In this document: positions 23,412 through 34,470 of the stretch, in pieces
Numbering within the stretch: the first letter of the stretch is position 1
How the letters are laid out: each line of letters opens with the position of its first letter
DNA from: Longimicrobiales bacterium
GTDB lineage: Bacteria > Gemmatimonadota > Gemmatimonadetes > Longimicrobiales > Gaopeijiaceae
Assembly: GCA_965198065.1 (NCBI GenBank)
Contig: CBDAON010000004.1
Span: 1,280,001-1,344,000, forward strand
Length of the DNA: 64,000 bases
Reading direction: 5' to 3'
Notes under the pieces: generated by a model
The model's input: the letters and a program-made list of their open reading frames with translations, nothing else
Database searches by the model: none
What the model was told of the DNA's origin: nothing
Program-made: the position numbers and the translations under genes

Positions 23412-25628
23412 CTAGCGGCCGCCCGGGCCAAGCGGGCGTGAGCTTCCTTCGGGGAACGCGTCGTAGAATCCGCGCTCCGAGCGGGCGAGCTCGTCCAGCA
23501 GGGGAGCGGGAGAGAATCGGGGGCCGGCCTCTTGCTCGTACTTCCGCAGCCGCTCGATGAGCGCGCGGGGGTGCTCCTCGTCCGCGAGCTTGAGGAGGCC
23601 GCCGCGGAACGGTGGGAACCCCGTGCCCATGACCATGGCGAGATCCACGTCGGCGGCGGAGGCGGCGATTCCCTCCTGGAGCGCCCGTGCGGCCTCGTTG
23701 ATCATGGAGAGGATCAGCCGGTCGCGAATCGCCTCCGCGGAGGGCTCCGGCCCCCGCTCCCTTGCGCCGCCCAGTCCGAGGGCGGCGTACACGGAGGGGT
23801 CCACTCCGGCCTCGTGGTCGTCTTCGTACCGGTAGAATCCCGACGCCCCCTTGCGGCCCAGCCTCCCAGCCTCCCCGATCGCGACGAGCGAGCGGGCCGG
23901 CTGGAGCCGGTCGCCGAACGCCCCGTGAAGGGCCGCTCCCGCGTGCTGCGCGACGTCGATCCCGATCTCGTCCACGAGCCGGAGCGGGCCCATGGGCATC
24001 CCGAAGGCGACGGCCACGCGGTCCACGTCTTCGATGGCCGCCCCACCGTCCAGGAGGTGGCCGGCCTCGTTCAGGTACGGACCGAGAATCCGATTCACGA
24101 GGAAACCGGGCCCGTCCCGGACCACGACGGGGACCTTCCCCAGCCGCAAGGCGAGCGCGTGGACGGTGGCCACGGCCGTGTCCGAGGTCGCCCGTCCGCG
24201 GACGATCTCCACCAGCGGCATGCGGTGGACCGGGTTGAAGAAGTGCATGCCGAGGAATCGTTCGGGATGCCCGAGCTCCCCGGCCAGGGCGTCCACGGCG
24301 AGGCTCGACGTGTTCGTCGCGAGGATGCACTCGTCCGATACGACGGCTTCGAGCTCGTGGAGCACGGACATCTTCACGTCGAGGCGCTCGACGACGGCCT
24401 CTACCACGAGCCCGACGGCGCCGAACCCCGAGTAATCCAGCCCGCCCGAGATGCGATCCATGGCCTGGGCGGCCGCCCGCCGGGAAAGCCTCCTCCGCTT
24501 CACCGCGGACTCGAACAGCCCCGATGCGTGCCGAAGCGCCATCCCGATTGCCTCGTGACGCACGTCCTTCACTCGGGCGCGTATCCCGCTGTACGCGGCG
24601 AGCTGCGCAATTCCACCCCCCATCACCCCTGCGCCGACGACGCCCACGGCCGCGAGCTCGGAGGGCCGGATCCCGCTCCCGCGGAACGGTCCCTTCTTTG
24701 CCGCTTCCCTCAGGCGGAACACGTGGACCAGGTTCTTCGACACCCTCGAGACGATCAGCTCACCGGCAGCCGTGGCCTCGATCTCGAGGGCCTGCTCCAC
24801 GCTGCCACCGCGAGAGCTCCGGAGGACCTCGAGGATGCGAAGGGGGGCGGGGTAGTGCCCGCCGGTGCGCTGGAGGACCCGCCGGCGCGCTCCTCTGAGG
24901 AGCACGCTCCGTCCCGGTGGAGTCTTCTCAAGAAGGAGGCCGCCGATGCCTCCCCGGGGCCGTCCGTTGGGGGCGCTCTCCACCGCCCTCCGGAGGAAGG
25001 TCATCGCTGTAGCGTGAAAGCCGCCGTAGGGCAGGACGTCGTCGGTCAACCCGACCCGGCGAGCCTTCCGGGGCCGGACCGGGTCGCCCGTCAGGAGCAT
25101 CTCGAGCGCCGCCCTGAGCCCGACGATGCGGGGAAGCCGGGTCGTGCCGCCCCACGCGGGAAGGATGCCCAGCTGAACCTCGGGAAGGCCGATCCGCGTC
25201 GACTCGTGATCCGATGCCACCCGGTAGCGGCACGCGAGCGCCAGCTCGGTGCCTCCCCCGAGGCACGGCCCGTGAATCGCCGCCACCGTGGGGATGGGCA
25301 GCCTCTCGAGCTCGAGATATATCGCCTGGCCCAGGCGCGCGGCTTCGGCGCCCTCGTCCGGGCTCTCGATCGCGGCAATCGCGTCGATGTCGGCGCCCAC
25401 GATGAAGGAGGCGGGCTTGCCGCTCGCGATGAGGACTCCTCGGATGGAGCCCTCTCGCGCCCGGGCGTCGAGCTCATGGACCAGCTCCGCCAGGCGAGCC
25501 ATCGCCGGCTCGTCCAGGACGTTTACGGAACGGTCTGGGGCGTTAAAGAGGACGGTCGCCAGCCCGTCGGTGTCGATCGAGAGGCGAGGAGAGGATCCGG
25601 GAGTGGGAACGCTCCCGGGGGGCAGCAA
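23412..25628 (-). CDS. fadJ: Fatty-acid oxidation multifunctional enzyme (enoyl-CoA hydratase / 3-hydroxyacyl-CoA dehydrogenase), FadJ/FadB-like
   Basis: FIVGADI, CLGGGTELALAC, GLPEVQLG, GAGVMGGGIA, GMHFFNPVHRMPLVE. Confidence 0.88.
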   Translation of the reverse strand: MLPPGSVPTPGSSPRLSIDTDGLATVLFNAPDRSVNVLDEPAMARLAELVHELDARAREGSIRGVLIASGKPASFIVGADIDAIAAIESPDEGAEAARLGQAIYLELERLPIPTVAAIHGPCLGGGTELALACRYRVASDHESTRIGLPEVQLGILPAWGGTTRLPRIVGLRAALEMLLTGDPVRPRKARRVGLTDDVLPYGGFHATAMTFLRRAVESAPNGRPRGGIGGLLLEKTPPGRSVLLRGARRRVLQRTGGHYPAPLRILEVLRSSRGGSVEQALEIEATAAGELIVSRVSKNLVHVFRLREAAKKGPFRGSGIRPSELAAVGVVGAGVMGGGIAQLAAYSGIRARVKDVRHEAIGMALRHASGLFESAVKRRRLSRRAAAQAMDRISGGLDYSGFGAVGLVVEAVVERLDVKMSVLHELEAVVSDECILATNTSSLAVDALAGELGHPERFLGMHFFNPVHRMPLVEIVRGRATSDTAVATVHALALRLGKVPVVVRDGPGFLVNRILGPYLNEAGHLLDGGAAIEDVDRVAVAFGMPMGPLRLVDEIGIDVAQHAGAALHGAFGDRLQPARSLVAIGEAGRLGRKGASGFYRYEDDHEAGVDPSVYAALGLGGARERGPEPSAEAIRDRLILSMINEAARALQEGIAASAADVDLAMVMGTGFPPFRGGLLKLADEEHPRALIERLRKYEQEAGPRFSPAPLLDELARSERGFYDAFPEGSSRPLGPGGR

Positions 25629-25630
25629 GG

Positions 25631-26560
25631 TCAGGGAAGGGCCCCCGTGAGCACGAACGGCTCTGGGTTCACCGGGCGGTCGTTCACCCGCACCTCGTAG
25701 TGGAGGTGGGGGGAGGTCGCGATGCCGGTGTTTCCGACCTGGGCGATCGCGTCGCCGCGGTTTACCACCTGGCCGCGTGAGACGAGGGACCGGGACGCGT
25801 GCCCGTAGAGCGTCATGTAGCCGTACCCGTGATCGATCTGCACGGTGAGCCCGTAACCCACCCGCGGCCCGACGAAGCTCACCCGCCCCTTGGCCGCGGC
25901 AAGGATGGGCGTCCCCATGGGCGCGGAGACGTCGATCCCCTCGTGCGGCAAAAGCTCGTGATGGATCGGGTGCAGGCGGGCGTTCGAGAAACCGGAGGTG
26001 AGGAGGCCGTCCGTCGGGAGGATCGAGGGGGTCGATTCCAGCAAGTCGCGGTGCGCCGCCAGCGAGTCCGACGCCTCGCTAAGGCTCTCGCTCAGGAGAC
26101 GCGAGCGGCGCTCCAGCGCGTTCAGGTCGTAAGTGATCGCGAACGCTCGAGCCCCCAGCTCGGGGTTTAGCCTGTAGAGGGGATGCTCGTCCAGGATCGG
26201 GGATCCCGGTCCACCGATCCCCACCTGGAGGACCTCCTCATCGATCCTCTCCAGACCAGCCAGGGTTCGAGTCTCGGCGTCCCGCTCCGCCACGAGCCGA
26301 AGCTGCCCCTCGAGCTGTTCGACCCGACCCTGGATCAGCCCGAGCTCCTCGATGAGGACAGAGTTCTCTCGTTCCAGCTGCGCGCTTCGAAGCGTGCGGC
26401 TCCCGTGGAACCCAATCAGGCCGATGCCGGTGAGGAGCCCGAGGCACGCGAGACCGACAGCTGCAACGGCGATGCGTGCGGTGCGGGTCCGGAACGTAAG
26501 CCGGCGGAGGTCGTCTCCTCTCTCCGAAACCAGGAGAAGCGTCCACTTGTCTCGAAGCAT
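25631..26560 (-). CDS. M23-family metallopeptidase with TM and coiled coil
   Basis: HEGID and PHLHYEV Zn motifs, TPSILP linker. Confidence 0.92.
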   Translation of the reverse strand: MLRDKWTLLLVSERGDDLRRLTFRTRTARIAVAAVGLACLGLLTGIGLIGFHGSRTLRSAQLERENSVLIEELGLIQGRVEQLEGQLRLVAERDAETRTLAGLERIDEEVLQVGIGGPGSPILDEHPLYRLNPELGARAFAITYDLNALERRSRLLSESLSEASDSLAAHRDLLESTPSILPTDGLLTSGFSNARLHPIHHELLPHEGIDVSAPMGTPILAAAKGRVSFVGPRVGYGLTVQIDHGYGYMTLYGHASRSLVSRGQVVNRGDAIAQVGNTGIATSPHLHYEVRVNDRPVNPEPFVLTGALP

Positions 26561-26734
26561 GGATCCAGCCGCTGTGCGGTGAACGGGCAAACCCCAGCGT
26601 CGGCGCGTTTCCCGACCTACTAGCGACACGCCCCGCCGCTCGGAGGTTGAGAAGCTACCGAGGCGCGGGATCAGGTGTCAACCGCGGCACGAGGCTCGGG
26701 TAGCGAGGTCCACTTGCCGGGGCCCCGAGTCTCG

Positions 26735-28291
26735 TCACGTCTCTTCGGTGCCCTGCCGGGATTTCGGGAACAGGGGCGGCATTTTCTGCACTCGGCGCCC
26801 CGCCGGAGCGAGCCCGGTGGCCTCGGCGAGCGGGAGGGCGCCCTGGAGCCCCAGGCCCACGGACAGCTCGTCCATCTTCCGTGGCATCGCGGGAAAGAAC
26901 AGGGCCGAGAGGACCGCGAGGGCGCGAGTGAGCGAGGCCAGGACCCCGTCCAGCTCCCCCGCCCGAGCCGGATCCTTCGCAAGGGCCCACGGCTCGCTCG
27001 TCTCCACGTACCCGTTCACCAGGCGCGCCAGGTCCATGGCCGCATCCAGAGCTTCGTGGACGCGGAGGCCGGACATGGCCCTGTGGAACCGCTCGAGCGC
27101 GGAGCGGATCGGTCCGTCGAGGCCGGTCGGATCGCCGTTCGGCACCACTCCGTCCCGGTACCGGACGACCATCGACAGCACCCGGCTCGCCAGGTTTCCC
27201 AGCACGTTGGCGAGCTCATCGTAGCGGGCCAGGAAGCGCTCCGGAGTATACGACGCGTCCGAGCCCGTGGGCATCTCCCTCAAGAGATACCAGCGGAGCG
27301 CGTCGGTCCCGTATTCCTCCCGAAGGTCGAGCGGGTCCACCACGTTGCCGAGCGACTTAGACATCTTGTCCCGCCCCACGACCCACCACCCGTGCGCCAG
27401 GATCCTCCGCGGGAGGGGAAGCCCCGCGCCCATCAGGAGGGTGGGCCAATTCGCGGCGTGAAAAGTGACGATGTCCTTTCCCACGATGTGCAGGTCTGCC
27501 GGCCAGCGAGAGCCCGATACGTCGTCGAACCCCCGGTCGTCTGGCGGGGCCTCCGGGTGGATCGCCCCCGAAGCCGTTACGTAGTTGATGAGGGCCTCCA
27601 CCCAGACGTAGATCGTCTGGTCCGGGTCGAACGGAAGCGGGATCCCCCAGCTCACGCGCGCCCGCGGACGGGAGATCGACAGGTCCGAGAGGGGCTTCTG
27701 GAGGAAGCCCAGGATCTCGTTCCTCCGCGACTGCGGGACGATCCAATCCGGGTTCGCCTCTATGTGCCGGACGAGGTCGTCCTGGAATCGGCTCATGCGG
27801 AAGAAGTAGTTCTTCTCCTCGATCTCGCGAACCGCCCGCCCGCAGCTCGAGCAGGTGCCGTCCGGACCCAGGTCCTTCTCGGTCCAGAACCGCTCCTCGT
27901 GGACGCAGTACCACCCCCGGTACGTGTCCGCGTACACGTGCCCGCGCTCGTTCAGGCGGTCGAGGAACGCGGCGACAACGGCGCGGTGATCGGCGTCGGT
28001 GGTCCGGATGAAGCGATCGTACCCTATGTCCAGCCGCTCCCAGGCGCTCCGGAAGCGGGCGGCCATCTCGTCGCAGAGCTGGATGGGGGTAAGCCCCCTC
28101 TTCTCCGCCTCCTCCTGGATCTTCTGACCGTGCTCGTCCGTGCCGGTCAGGAGGAGGACGTCGGCTCCGGCCTGTCGATGGTATCGGGCGACAGCATCCG
28201 CGAGGAGGGTCGTATACGCGTGCCCGATGTGGGGCTCGCCGTTCGCGTAGTAGATGGGGGTGGTGATGTACCTCCGATCCGGTGGGATCAC
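26735..28291 (-). CDS. metG: Methionine--tRNA ligase (short form without C-terminal OB domain)
   Basis: YITTPIYYANGEPHIGH, GTDEHGQK, KMSKSLGN; GTGA overlap with the upstream gene. Confidence 0.95.
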   Translation of the reverse strand: MIPPDRRYITTPIYYANGEPHIGHAYTTLLADAVARYHRQAGADVLLLTGTDEHGQKIQEEAEKRGLTPIQLCDEMAARFRSAWERLDIGYDRFIRTTDADHRAVVAAFLDRLNERGHVYADTYRGWYCVHEERFWTEKDLGPDGTCSSCGRAVREIEEKNYFFRMSRFQDDLVRHIEANPDWIVPQSRRNEILGFLQKPLSDLSISRPRARVSWGIPLPFDPDQTIYVWVEALINYVTASGAIHPEAPPDDRGFDDVSGSRWPADLHIVGKDIVTFHAANWPTLLMGAGLPLPRRILAHGWWVVGRDKMSKSLGNVVDPLDLREEYGTDALRWYLLREMPTGSDASYTPERFLARYDELANVLGNLASRVLSMVVRYRDGVVPNGDPTGLDGPIRSALERFHRAMSGLRVHEALDAAMDLARLVNGYVETSEPWALAKDPARAGELDGVLASLTRALAVLSALFFPAMPRKMDELSVGLGLQGALPLAEATGLAPAGRRVQKMPPLFPKSRQGTEET

Positions 28292-29118
28292 GATCCGGCC
28301 TTCACCTCCGCCGTAAGCTCGTCGAGCGGCACGGTGCGGCGCTCCCCGTCCCCTCCTCGCAGGGTGACGGTCTCGCCCCAGATGTCCACCAAGACCACGT
28401 TCTCCTCCCCTCGCCCCGTTCGGAGTGTCTTCCCCTCCCTGGGGAAGCGCCTCCGGGCCTGTACGTAGGTTTCGTGCTCGTACATCAGGCAGCACATGAG
28501 GCGCCCGCAGCAGCCCGAGATCTGCGCCGGGTTCAGGGAAAGCTTCTGGTCCTTTGCGAGCTGGAGGGAGACGGGCTTGAGCTCAGGAAGCCAGGTCGAG
28601 CAGCAGAGCTCCCGGCCACACCGCCCCACCCCTCCCAGGAGCGCGGCCTCCTCCCGGGCGCCGATCTGCCGCAGCTCGATCCGGGTCCGGAAGGCCTTCG
28701 CCAGCTGCCTCACGAGCTCCCGGAAATCCACCCTGCGATCCGCCGTGAAGTAGATCGTGAGCTTCTTCCGATCGAACTGCCACTCCGCCTCGGTGACCTT
28801 CATGTTGAGCTGGAGCTTTTGGACGTGCGCGCGGGTCTCGGTGCGGACGCACTGCTCGTCCCTGCGGAGGCTCTCGATCTGGCGCACCTCCTCGGCCCGC
28901 GCCGTGCGGAGGATCTGCTGGGCGGGGACCGGTGTCGAGCACCTGCTGGATGAGGCGCACTTGCGCTCCGCCACCTGGCCCAGGGCGAGGACCTCGCCGA
29001 GATCCTCGCCGCGCTCCACTCCCACGATCACGTGCTCCCCCACCCGGAGATCCAGGTCCGTCGCCGTGAAACACTCCTTGCGTGTCCCCTTGAACCCGAC
29101 TTCGGCAAAGGTGCGCAT
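28288..29118 (-). CDS. ricT: PSP1-domain / RicT (YaaT) family protein
   Basis: RVDFRELVRQLA, RIELRQIG, CGRELCC, ISGCCGRLMCCL. Confidence 0.9.
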   Translation of the reverse strand: MRTFAEVGFKGTRKECFTATDLDLRVGEHVIVGVERGEDLGEVLALGQVAERKCASSSRCSTPVPAQQILRTARAEEVRQIESLRRDEQCVRTETRAHVQKLQLNMKVTEAEWQFDRKKLTIYFTADRRVDFRELVRQLAKAFRTRIELRQIGAREEAALLGGVGRCGRELCCSTWLPELKPVSLQLAKDQKLSLNPAQISGCCGRLMCCLMYEHETYVQARRRFPREGKTLRTGRGEENVVLVDIWGETVTLRGGDGERRTVPLDELTAEVKAGS

Positions 29119-29181
29119 CTCGATATCTCCGCTGCGGCCGGGCGCTGAACGCGCGCGCCGCCGTATTGGTGCAAGGCATCT

Positions 29182-30162
29182 CTACTGAGACCGCCCGCCG
29201 CCCCCGTCCGTCCACGCGCCCAGGGCCTCGAACTTGCGCCAGCGCTTCTGCCTCCGGTCCTGCGCCTCCATACCCTTCAGCTGCTCTAGGTGCGGGGCAA
29301 GCGCCACCCTGACGGACGCCGCCGTACCTGCCCAGTCGGTGTGAGCGCCCCCGGGGGGCTCGTCGATCACCTCATCCACGACCCCGAGGCGGAGCAGGTC
29401 GCCGGACGTGAGCTTCAGGGCCTCGGCCGCCTGATCGCGGTACTCCGCCGACCGCCACAGAATCGCGGCGCACCCCTCCGGGGAGATCACGGAGTAGATG
29501 GAATGCTCGAGCATGAGGATCCGGTCGGTCACGCCGAGCGCCAGGGCCCCCCCTGAGCCCCCTTCCCCGATCACGACCGAGATGGTTGGGACCCGAAGTC
29601 GGGCCATCTCCCGGAGGTTCGTGGCAATGGCCTCCGCCTGTCCCCGCTTCTCGGCCCCGATCCCGGGGTAGGCGCCCGGCGTGTCGATGAGCGTCACCAC
29701 GGGACGGCCGAACTTCTCGGCGGTTCGCATCAGACGGAGCGCCTTCCGGTATCCCTCGGGGTGGGGCATCCCGAAGTTCCGATGGAGGTTCTCCTTCATG
29801 TCCCGGCCCTTCTGGTGCCCGATCACCATGACAGGGCTCCCCTCCAGGCGTGCCCACCCGCCTACGATCGCGGCGTCGTCCCTGAAGGAGCGGTCCCCGT
29901 GGAGCTCGATCCAGTCCGTGAACGTTCGGACGACGTAGTCCAGGGTGTAGGGCCGACGAGGGTGCCTGGCAACCTGAACCTGCTCGATCGCGGAGAGGTT
30001 CCGGAAGGTGTCCTCCTGGAGCCTCGCCAGCCTGGAGCGCAGGTCTCTGAGCTCGGCCGACACGTCGACTCCCTTCTTCTCGGCGAGATCGAGTAGGTGC
30101 TCGATCTTGTCCTGGACTTCGACGATGTCGCGCTCGAACTCGAGGTAGGGGGTGCCGGGCAA
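29182..30162 (-). CDS. accA: Acetyl-CoA carboxylase carboxyltransferase alpha subunit
   Basis: YLEFE, ARHPRRPY, FGMPHPEGYRKA, GEGGSGGAL, YSVISPEGCA; start uncertain (TTG after GGAGG chosen). Confidence 0.94.
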   Translation of the reverse strand: MPGTPYLEFERDIVEVQDKIEHLLDLAEKKGVDVSAELRDLRSRLARLQEDTFRNLSAIEQVQVARHPRRPYTLDYVVRTFTDWIELHGDRSFRDDAAIVGGWARLEGSPVMVIGHQKGRDMKENLHRNFGMPHPEGYRKALRLMRTAEKFGRPVVTLIDTPGAYPGIGAEKRGQAEAIATNLREMARLRVPTISVVIGEGGSGGALALGVTDRILMLEHSIYSVISPEGCAAILWRSAEYRDQAAEALKLTSGDLLRLGVVDEVIDEPPGGAHTDWAGTAASVRVALAPHLEQLKGMEAQDRRQKRWRKFEALGAWTDGGGGRSQ

Positions 30163-30188
30163 CGCGCCTCCACGGTTTCCGGGAATCG

Positions 30189-31342
30189 CTATACTAACTT
30201 GCTCTCCTCGGCCGGGAGAAGGGAAACGGCCCCCAGCCACGAGGGTGGATCCCCGCGGATGACCTCGAACGGCTCGGCGGGGCTCCCGTCCTCGAACCTT
30301 CCCCAGAACCGGGCGCCCAGGGCCACCCGGTCGGCCGAGAGATGCGCTCCCCCGGACGCGTCGAACGAATCCAGGGCCTCGAGCTTCTGATCCAGCGTCG
30401 TCGCGATCCGCACGAAAGCCGTCGGGTGAAAGTCCGGGGTCGAGTCCCCCGGGTCGTACGCGTAGACTGCGGGCGCCCCCGTTGCCTCCGACATCACGTC
30501 TTCCTGGATCAGCTGGAGCGAAGGCTCGGGGTGATTGAGCGTGGGAACGTAGACCAGGTCGGGCCGGATCTCGGTCAGCGCCCCCCTCACCAGGCGCCGG
30601 AGATCGTCCTCGAGGGGTTCATCTCCCGATCCTGCGTTCCCCACGAAGAAGCGGATCCCCATCGCGCGTCCAGCGGCCTTGGAATGGTCCCTCCGACTCA
30701 CGCCGGGCGGCGCCGGGTGCCCGTGCGTGAGGGTGAGAAGGATCACGCGGTCTCCCCGGTCGCGGTGGCGGAGGAGCGTCCCCCCGCAGCCGGCTTCCGC
30801 GTCTCCCGGTCTCACGCTCACCGCCAGGACGCGGAGCTGCCGGGGACCCTGGTCGGCGCTACGCTCCTCAGGAGGTGAACGGCTCGCCCGCGGGGACGTC
30901 GGGATGGGCGTGACCGGGGGGGCCGGAGGTCCCGATCCGTCTGGGAGAGGCCCGCGACGCCTCACGAGGGCCTCGACCTTCGCGAGGAGCTCGTCCTTCT
31001 CCAGGGGCTTGATCAGGACGTCCGTGGCTCCCTTCCGGAGCGCTTCCTCCGCGTACTGCGGACCCGAGTACCCCGTCGTGGCGAGAATGGGCGTGTCGGG
31101 CTGGGTGGTGCGAGCGGCCTCGACGACCGCCATCCCGTCCACGCCGGGAAGATTCAGGTCGGTGATCACCAGATCCCAGTCCGAATCCCGCACCAGGAGG
31201 GAGCCACGGAGCCCGTCCTGGGCGAGGGTGACCGCATAGCGTCCCTGGTCCTCAAGGAGGAACTTGACAGGTGGGCCTGATCGAGGTCGTCCTCCACGAG
31301 GAGGACCCTCTGGCATTGATTCGAGGTGCGACCCTGCTGCAT
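30189..31342 (-). CDS. Response-regulator receiver fused to a PIG-L/LmbE-like deacetylase domain (1-nt frameshift near 31268)
   Basis: Correcting the frame gives MQQGRTSNQCQRVLLVEDDLDQAHL-VKFLL...DLVITDLNLPGVDG...IKP; C-terminal VLAVSVRPGDAEAGCGGTL...KLEAL has PIG-L-like spacing. Confidence 0.8.
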
Positions 31343-31418
31343 ATGTCCCGCGCGCTGGAGGCTCAGCCCGTCGACCGGTAACCCGGGGGGACTAATCTAC
31401 CGGGAGTCGCGCCGGCGG

Positions 31419-32699
31419 TCACTCCATCCGGCTTTCGGGGCCACCCGCCAGCCCGAGGGCGCCGTCGGGGGGAGGGGTGGCGTCGGGCGCTTCCGGCTCG
31501 GAGACACGCCGTCGCAGCGCGGGCTCCGGGACGAGGAACCAGACGAGAAGCCCCATTCCCAGCACGGAAGCCCCTGCGAGCAGGGTGGTGGACGCGTACC
31601 CTCCTCCCGCGTACAGGAGGCCCGATCCGCCGCCGCCGACCGCGAACCCCACCTGACCGAGAGCTACCGTTAGCGAGAGGAGGATCCCACGCTGTTTCTC
31701 GCTCACGAGCGCGGTGAGGAGAGCGGAGAAGGGGCCGATCCGCATCGCGACGAGACCCATGATCAGGAAGAAGTAGGGGTAGGCCACCCAGAAGTCGCGA
31801 ATGACCACGGTGGTGAGCGCCATCACAATCGAGAGGCACGCGCAGGACCAGAGGATGATCCCCTTTCGTCCCACCCGGTCCGAGATGCGGCCCGCCTGGG
31901 GTCCCACGAGAACGTTCGCAACTCCGCCGACGAGGAAGAGTGACGCGATCTGGTTCGCTGTCGCACCGATGTCCCGCTCAAGCCACGTGGGGAGGTAGAC
32001 CACGTAGAGCGAGATGCCGAGAAACATGAGAAAGAACGCGAACGCCGCCGCTGAGACCTCGGGCCGCCGAAGCATTCCGAGGTAGGAGCGCAGCGCCCCC
32101 CGCACCGTTACCCGCTCCGCGCTCCGCTCCACATCCGGCTGGGGGAGGCGCAGAAGCACCAGTACGAAGGTGGCACCCATGGCGGCGCTGTACAGGTAGA
32201 AGGGGGTCCGGAAGCCCAGGCCTCCCGCGAGCACGATCCCGAGTGGAATCCCCAAGATCTGCCCGGCCGCCGCGCCGCTCATGATCCAGCCGGTCGCCCA
32301 TCCTCGCCGCTCGTACGGGAAGTAGTCGCCGACGTACGACACGGCGGCTCCGCTGAGCACGCCGCCCGCGATGCCGGCCGCGATCCGCACCGCGATGAAG
32401 GAGGCGTAGCCTACCACGAGGCCGTGCAGGGCGAGTGCCGCGGTCATGAGCCCCGAGCCGATGAGTAGGATGCGCCGCCGGCCGATCCGGTCCGAGAAGG
32501 GGCCCGCGATCACGGCGAAGAGCCCGACCATGGCCGAGTACGCCGAGACGAGAGTGCCTAGTAGCGCGTCGCGGATACCGAGCGCGTCACCGATCAACGG
32601 GAGGATCGGGGCGATGACCATGGTCTGGCTGCTGGCCGAGAACACCAGAAGCCAGAGGGCGAAGACCACCATCCAGGGACGGGGGCGGGAAACGTTCAC
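31419..32699 (-). CDS. MFS transporter
   Basis: About 12 hydrophobic segments; motif A GPFSDRIGRR and GRISDRVGRK. Confidence 0.92.
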   Translation of the reverse strand: MNVSRPRPWMVVFALWLLVFSASSQTMVIAPILPLIGDALGIRDALLGTLVSAYSAMVGLFAVIAGPFSDRIGRRRILLIGSGLMTAALALHGLVVGYASFIAVRIAAGIAGGVLSGAAVSYVGDYFPYERRGWATGWIMSGAAAGQILGIPLGIVLAGGLGFRTPFYLYSAAMGATFVLVLLRLPQPDVERSAERVTVRGALRSYLGMLRRPEVSAAAFAFFLMFLGISLYVVYLPTWLERDIGATANQIASLFLVGGVANVLVGPQAGRISDRVGRKGIILWSCACLSIVMALTTVVIRDFWVAYPYFFLIMGLVAMRIGPFSALLTALVSEKQRGILLSLTVALGQVGFAVGGGGSGLLYAGGGYASTTLLAGASVLGMGLLVWFLVPEPALRRRVSEPEAPDATPPPDGALGLAGGPESRME

Positions 32700-32835
32700 G
32701 GGGACGAGGTGGCCATGACCGGGGGGGGAAGTATACGCGGGGTCCTGCGGCCGGCAACATTCAGGCGTTCGTGCTTGCCCGCCTCGGGAGGGGCGTCCAG
32801 CTTGGGTTAGGACCCCAGCACTCACGAGGAACGCC

Positions 32836-34431
32836 ATGCGAACTGCAAGGAAGGAGCCGACCGTCGCGCCGCTCGCGGCCCTCGCTCTCAGCACCGTCGC
32901 CCTCCTGGGCACCGCTCCGGTGGCGGCGGGGCAGGCGACGATCCGCACCCAGGCGGAGCCTCTCGCGTTTCGCGGAAGACACGAGCTACGACGGCATGAT
33001 GGAATACCTGGGCCGTCTCCAGGGAGCGAGCACGGAGATGCGCCTCGGAATCTACGGGCAGAGCCGCGAGGGGAGAGCCCTGCCGGTGGCGATCTTCTCA
33101 CGCCCGGCCGCCACGCGACCCTGGGAGGCGTGGGCGCTGGGGAAGCCCATCCTCGTGCTTGCCACAAACGTTCACGGGGGGGAGCGGGTCCTTCGGGAGT
33201 CCGTCCTCATCCTGGCTCGTGAGCTCTCGACCCCGGGGACGTTGATGAACGACGCGCTCGACGAGCTCACGATCCTGGTCGTTCCCCAGATCAATCCGGA
33301 CGGCTTCTCGGCGCTCCCGGTGCCGACTCGGGGGAACCTCTGGGGGGTCGATCTGAACCGGGACTACATGAAGCTCGAGCAGCCCGAGATCCAGGCCTAC
33401 GTCCAGGACATCCTTCTCGCGTGGGCGTCTCACCTCGTCGTGGACGGTCACAGCGGAGGGGCCCAGCCGTACAACCTGAACTACCAGTGCCCGTCGCACT
33501 CTACCCCCGACCCGCGGATCACGACGCTGTGCGACGAGCGCATCTTCCCGGCCGTCCAGAGGCGGCTCGCGTCGGAGGGTTACGCTGCCTGGTACTACTT
33601 CCGGGGGAACGAGACCCGCTGGGACGTGGGCGGCCCGGAGCCACGGGTCGGGAGAAACTACGGCGGCTTCGCGAACACGATCGCGATCCTGTTCGAGTCC
33701 CCGGACGGGCAGCGGGCCACGGACGCGGTCCGAAGCGGGCTCCTCGGCTACCAGGCGGTCATCGAGTGGGCGATGGAGAATCCGGCCCTCCTGCTCAGCA
33801 CGGTCCGCGAGGCCCGGCGGGAGGCGATTGCCCTGGGAGAAGGTCCTACGGGCGACGTGGCTATCGAGGTGGAGTACGAGCCGGAGCCCTACCGGGTCGA
33901 GTATTTGCTCGCGAGCGGGCCGCCCGGCGCCCGCCAGATCCGGGAGATCGTGAGTGACTCGCTCATGAAGCGACCCGTCGCCGCGCTTGCCCGCCGACGA
34001 CCGTGGGCCTACGTGCTGCCCAGGGACGCAGCGGCCGCCGTAGAGCTCCTGGGCCGCCACGCCGTGCAGGTCGAGGAGCTCCGGGAGCCCGTCCAGATGA
34101 CAGTGGACGCTTACACGATCGGAAACGTGACGTACGAGGACTCGCACAGTCACAGTGCGGCGACCAGGCTGGAGGTGGTGGGGAGCGTCACTCGCACGGT
34201 CACCCTTCCCGAGGGCACGTACATCGTCCGCACCGGTCAGATGCAGGGCCGGGTAGCGGCTCACCTCCTCGAGCCCGAGACGCGGGACGGAGTCGTCTAC
34301 TGGAACCGGATGGACGCCTGGATCCCGAAGGCGGACGTGGACGCTTACCGCGCGGGCCGCGGCCAGCCCCGATCTTCCCGATCTACAAGATCATGGAGCC
34401 GACGCCGCTTCCGACGTTCCTCCTGCCCTAG
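32836..34431 (+). CDS. Secreted M14 zinc carboxypeptidase (frameshifts near 32960 and 34363)
   Basis: Signal peptide in ORF 32836, core HGGE / DLNRD / VVDGH in ORF 32771, and C-terminal PIFPIYKIMEPTPLPTFLLP* in a third frame. Confidence 0.8.
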
Positions 34432-34470
34432 GGACGCTCCGCGCAAGCCGGGTCGAGTGGAGGGTGGGGG

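Noticed and set aside
22822..24330. 502-aa fusion ORF
   Set aside because: The N-terminal 312 codons are an alternate frame of fadJ; only the DUF402-like part is credible.
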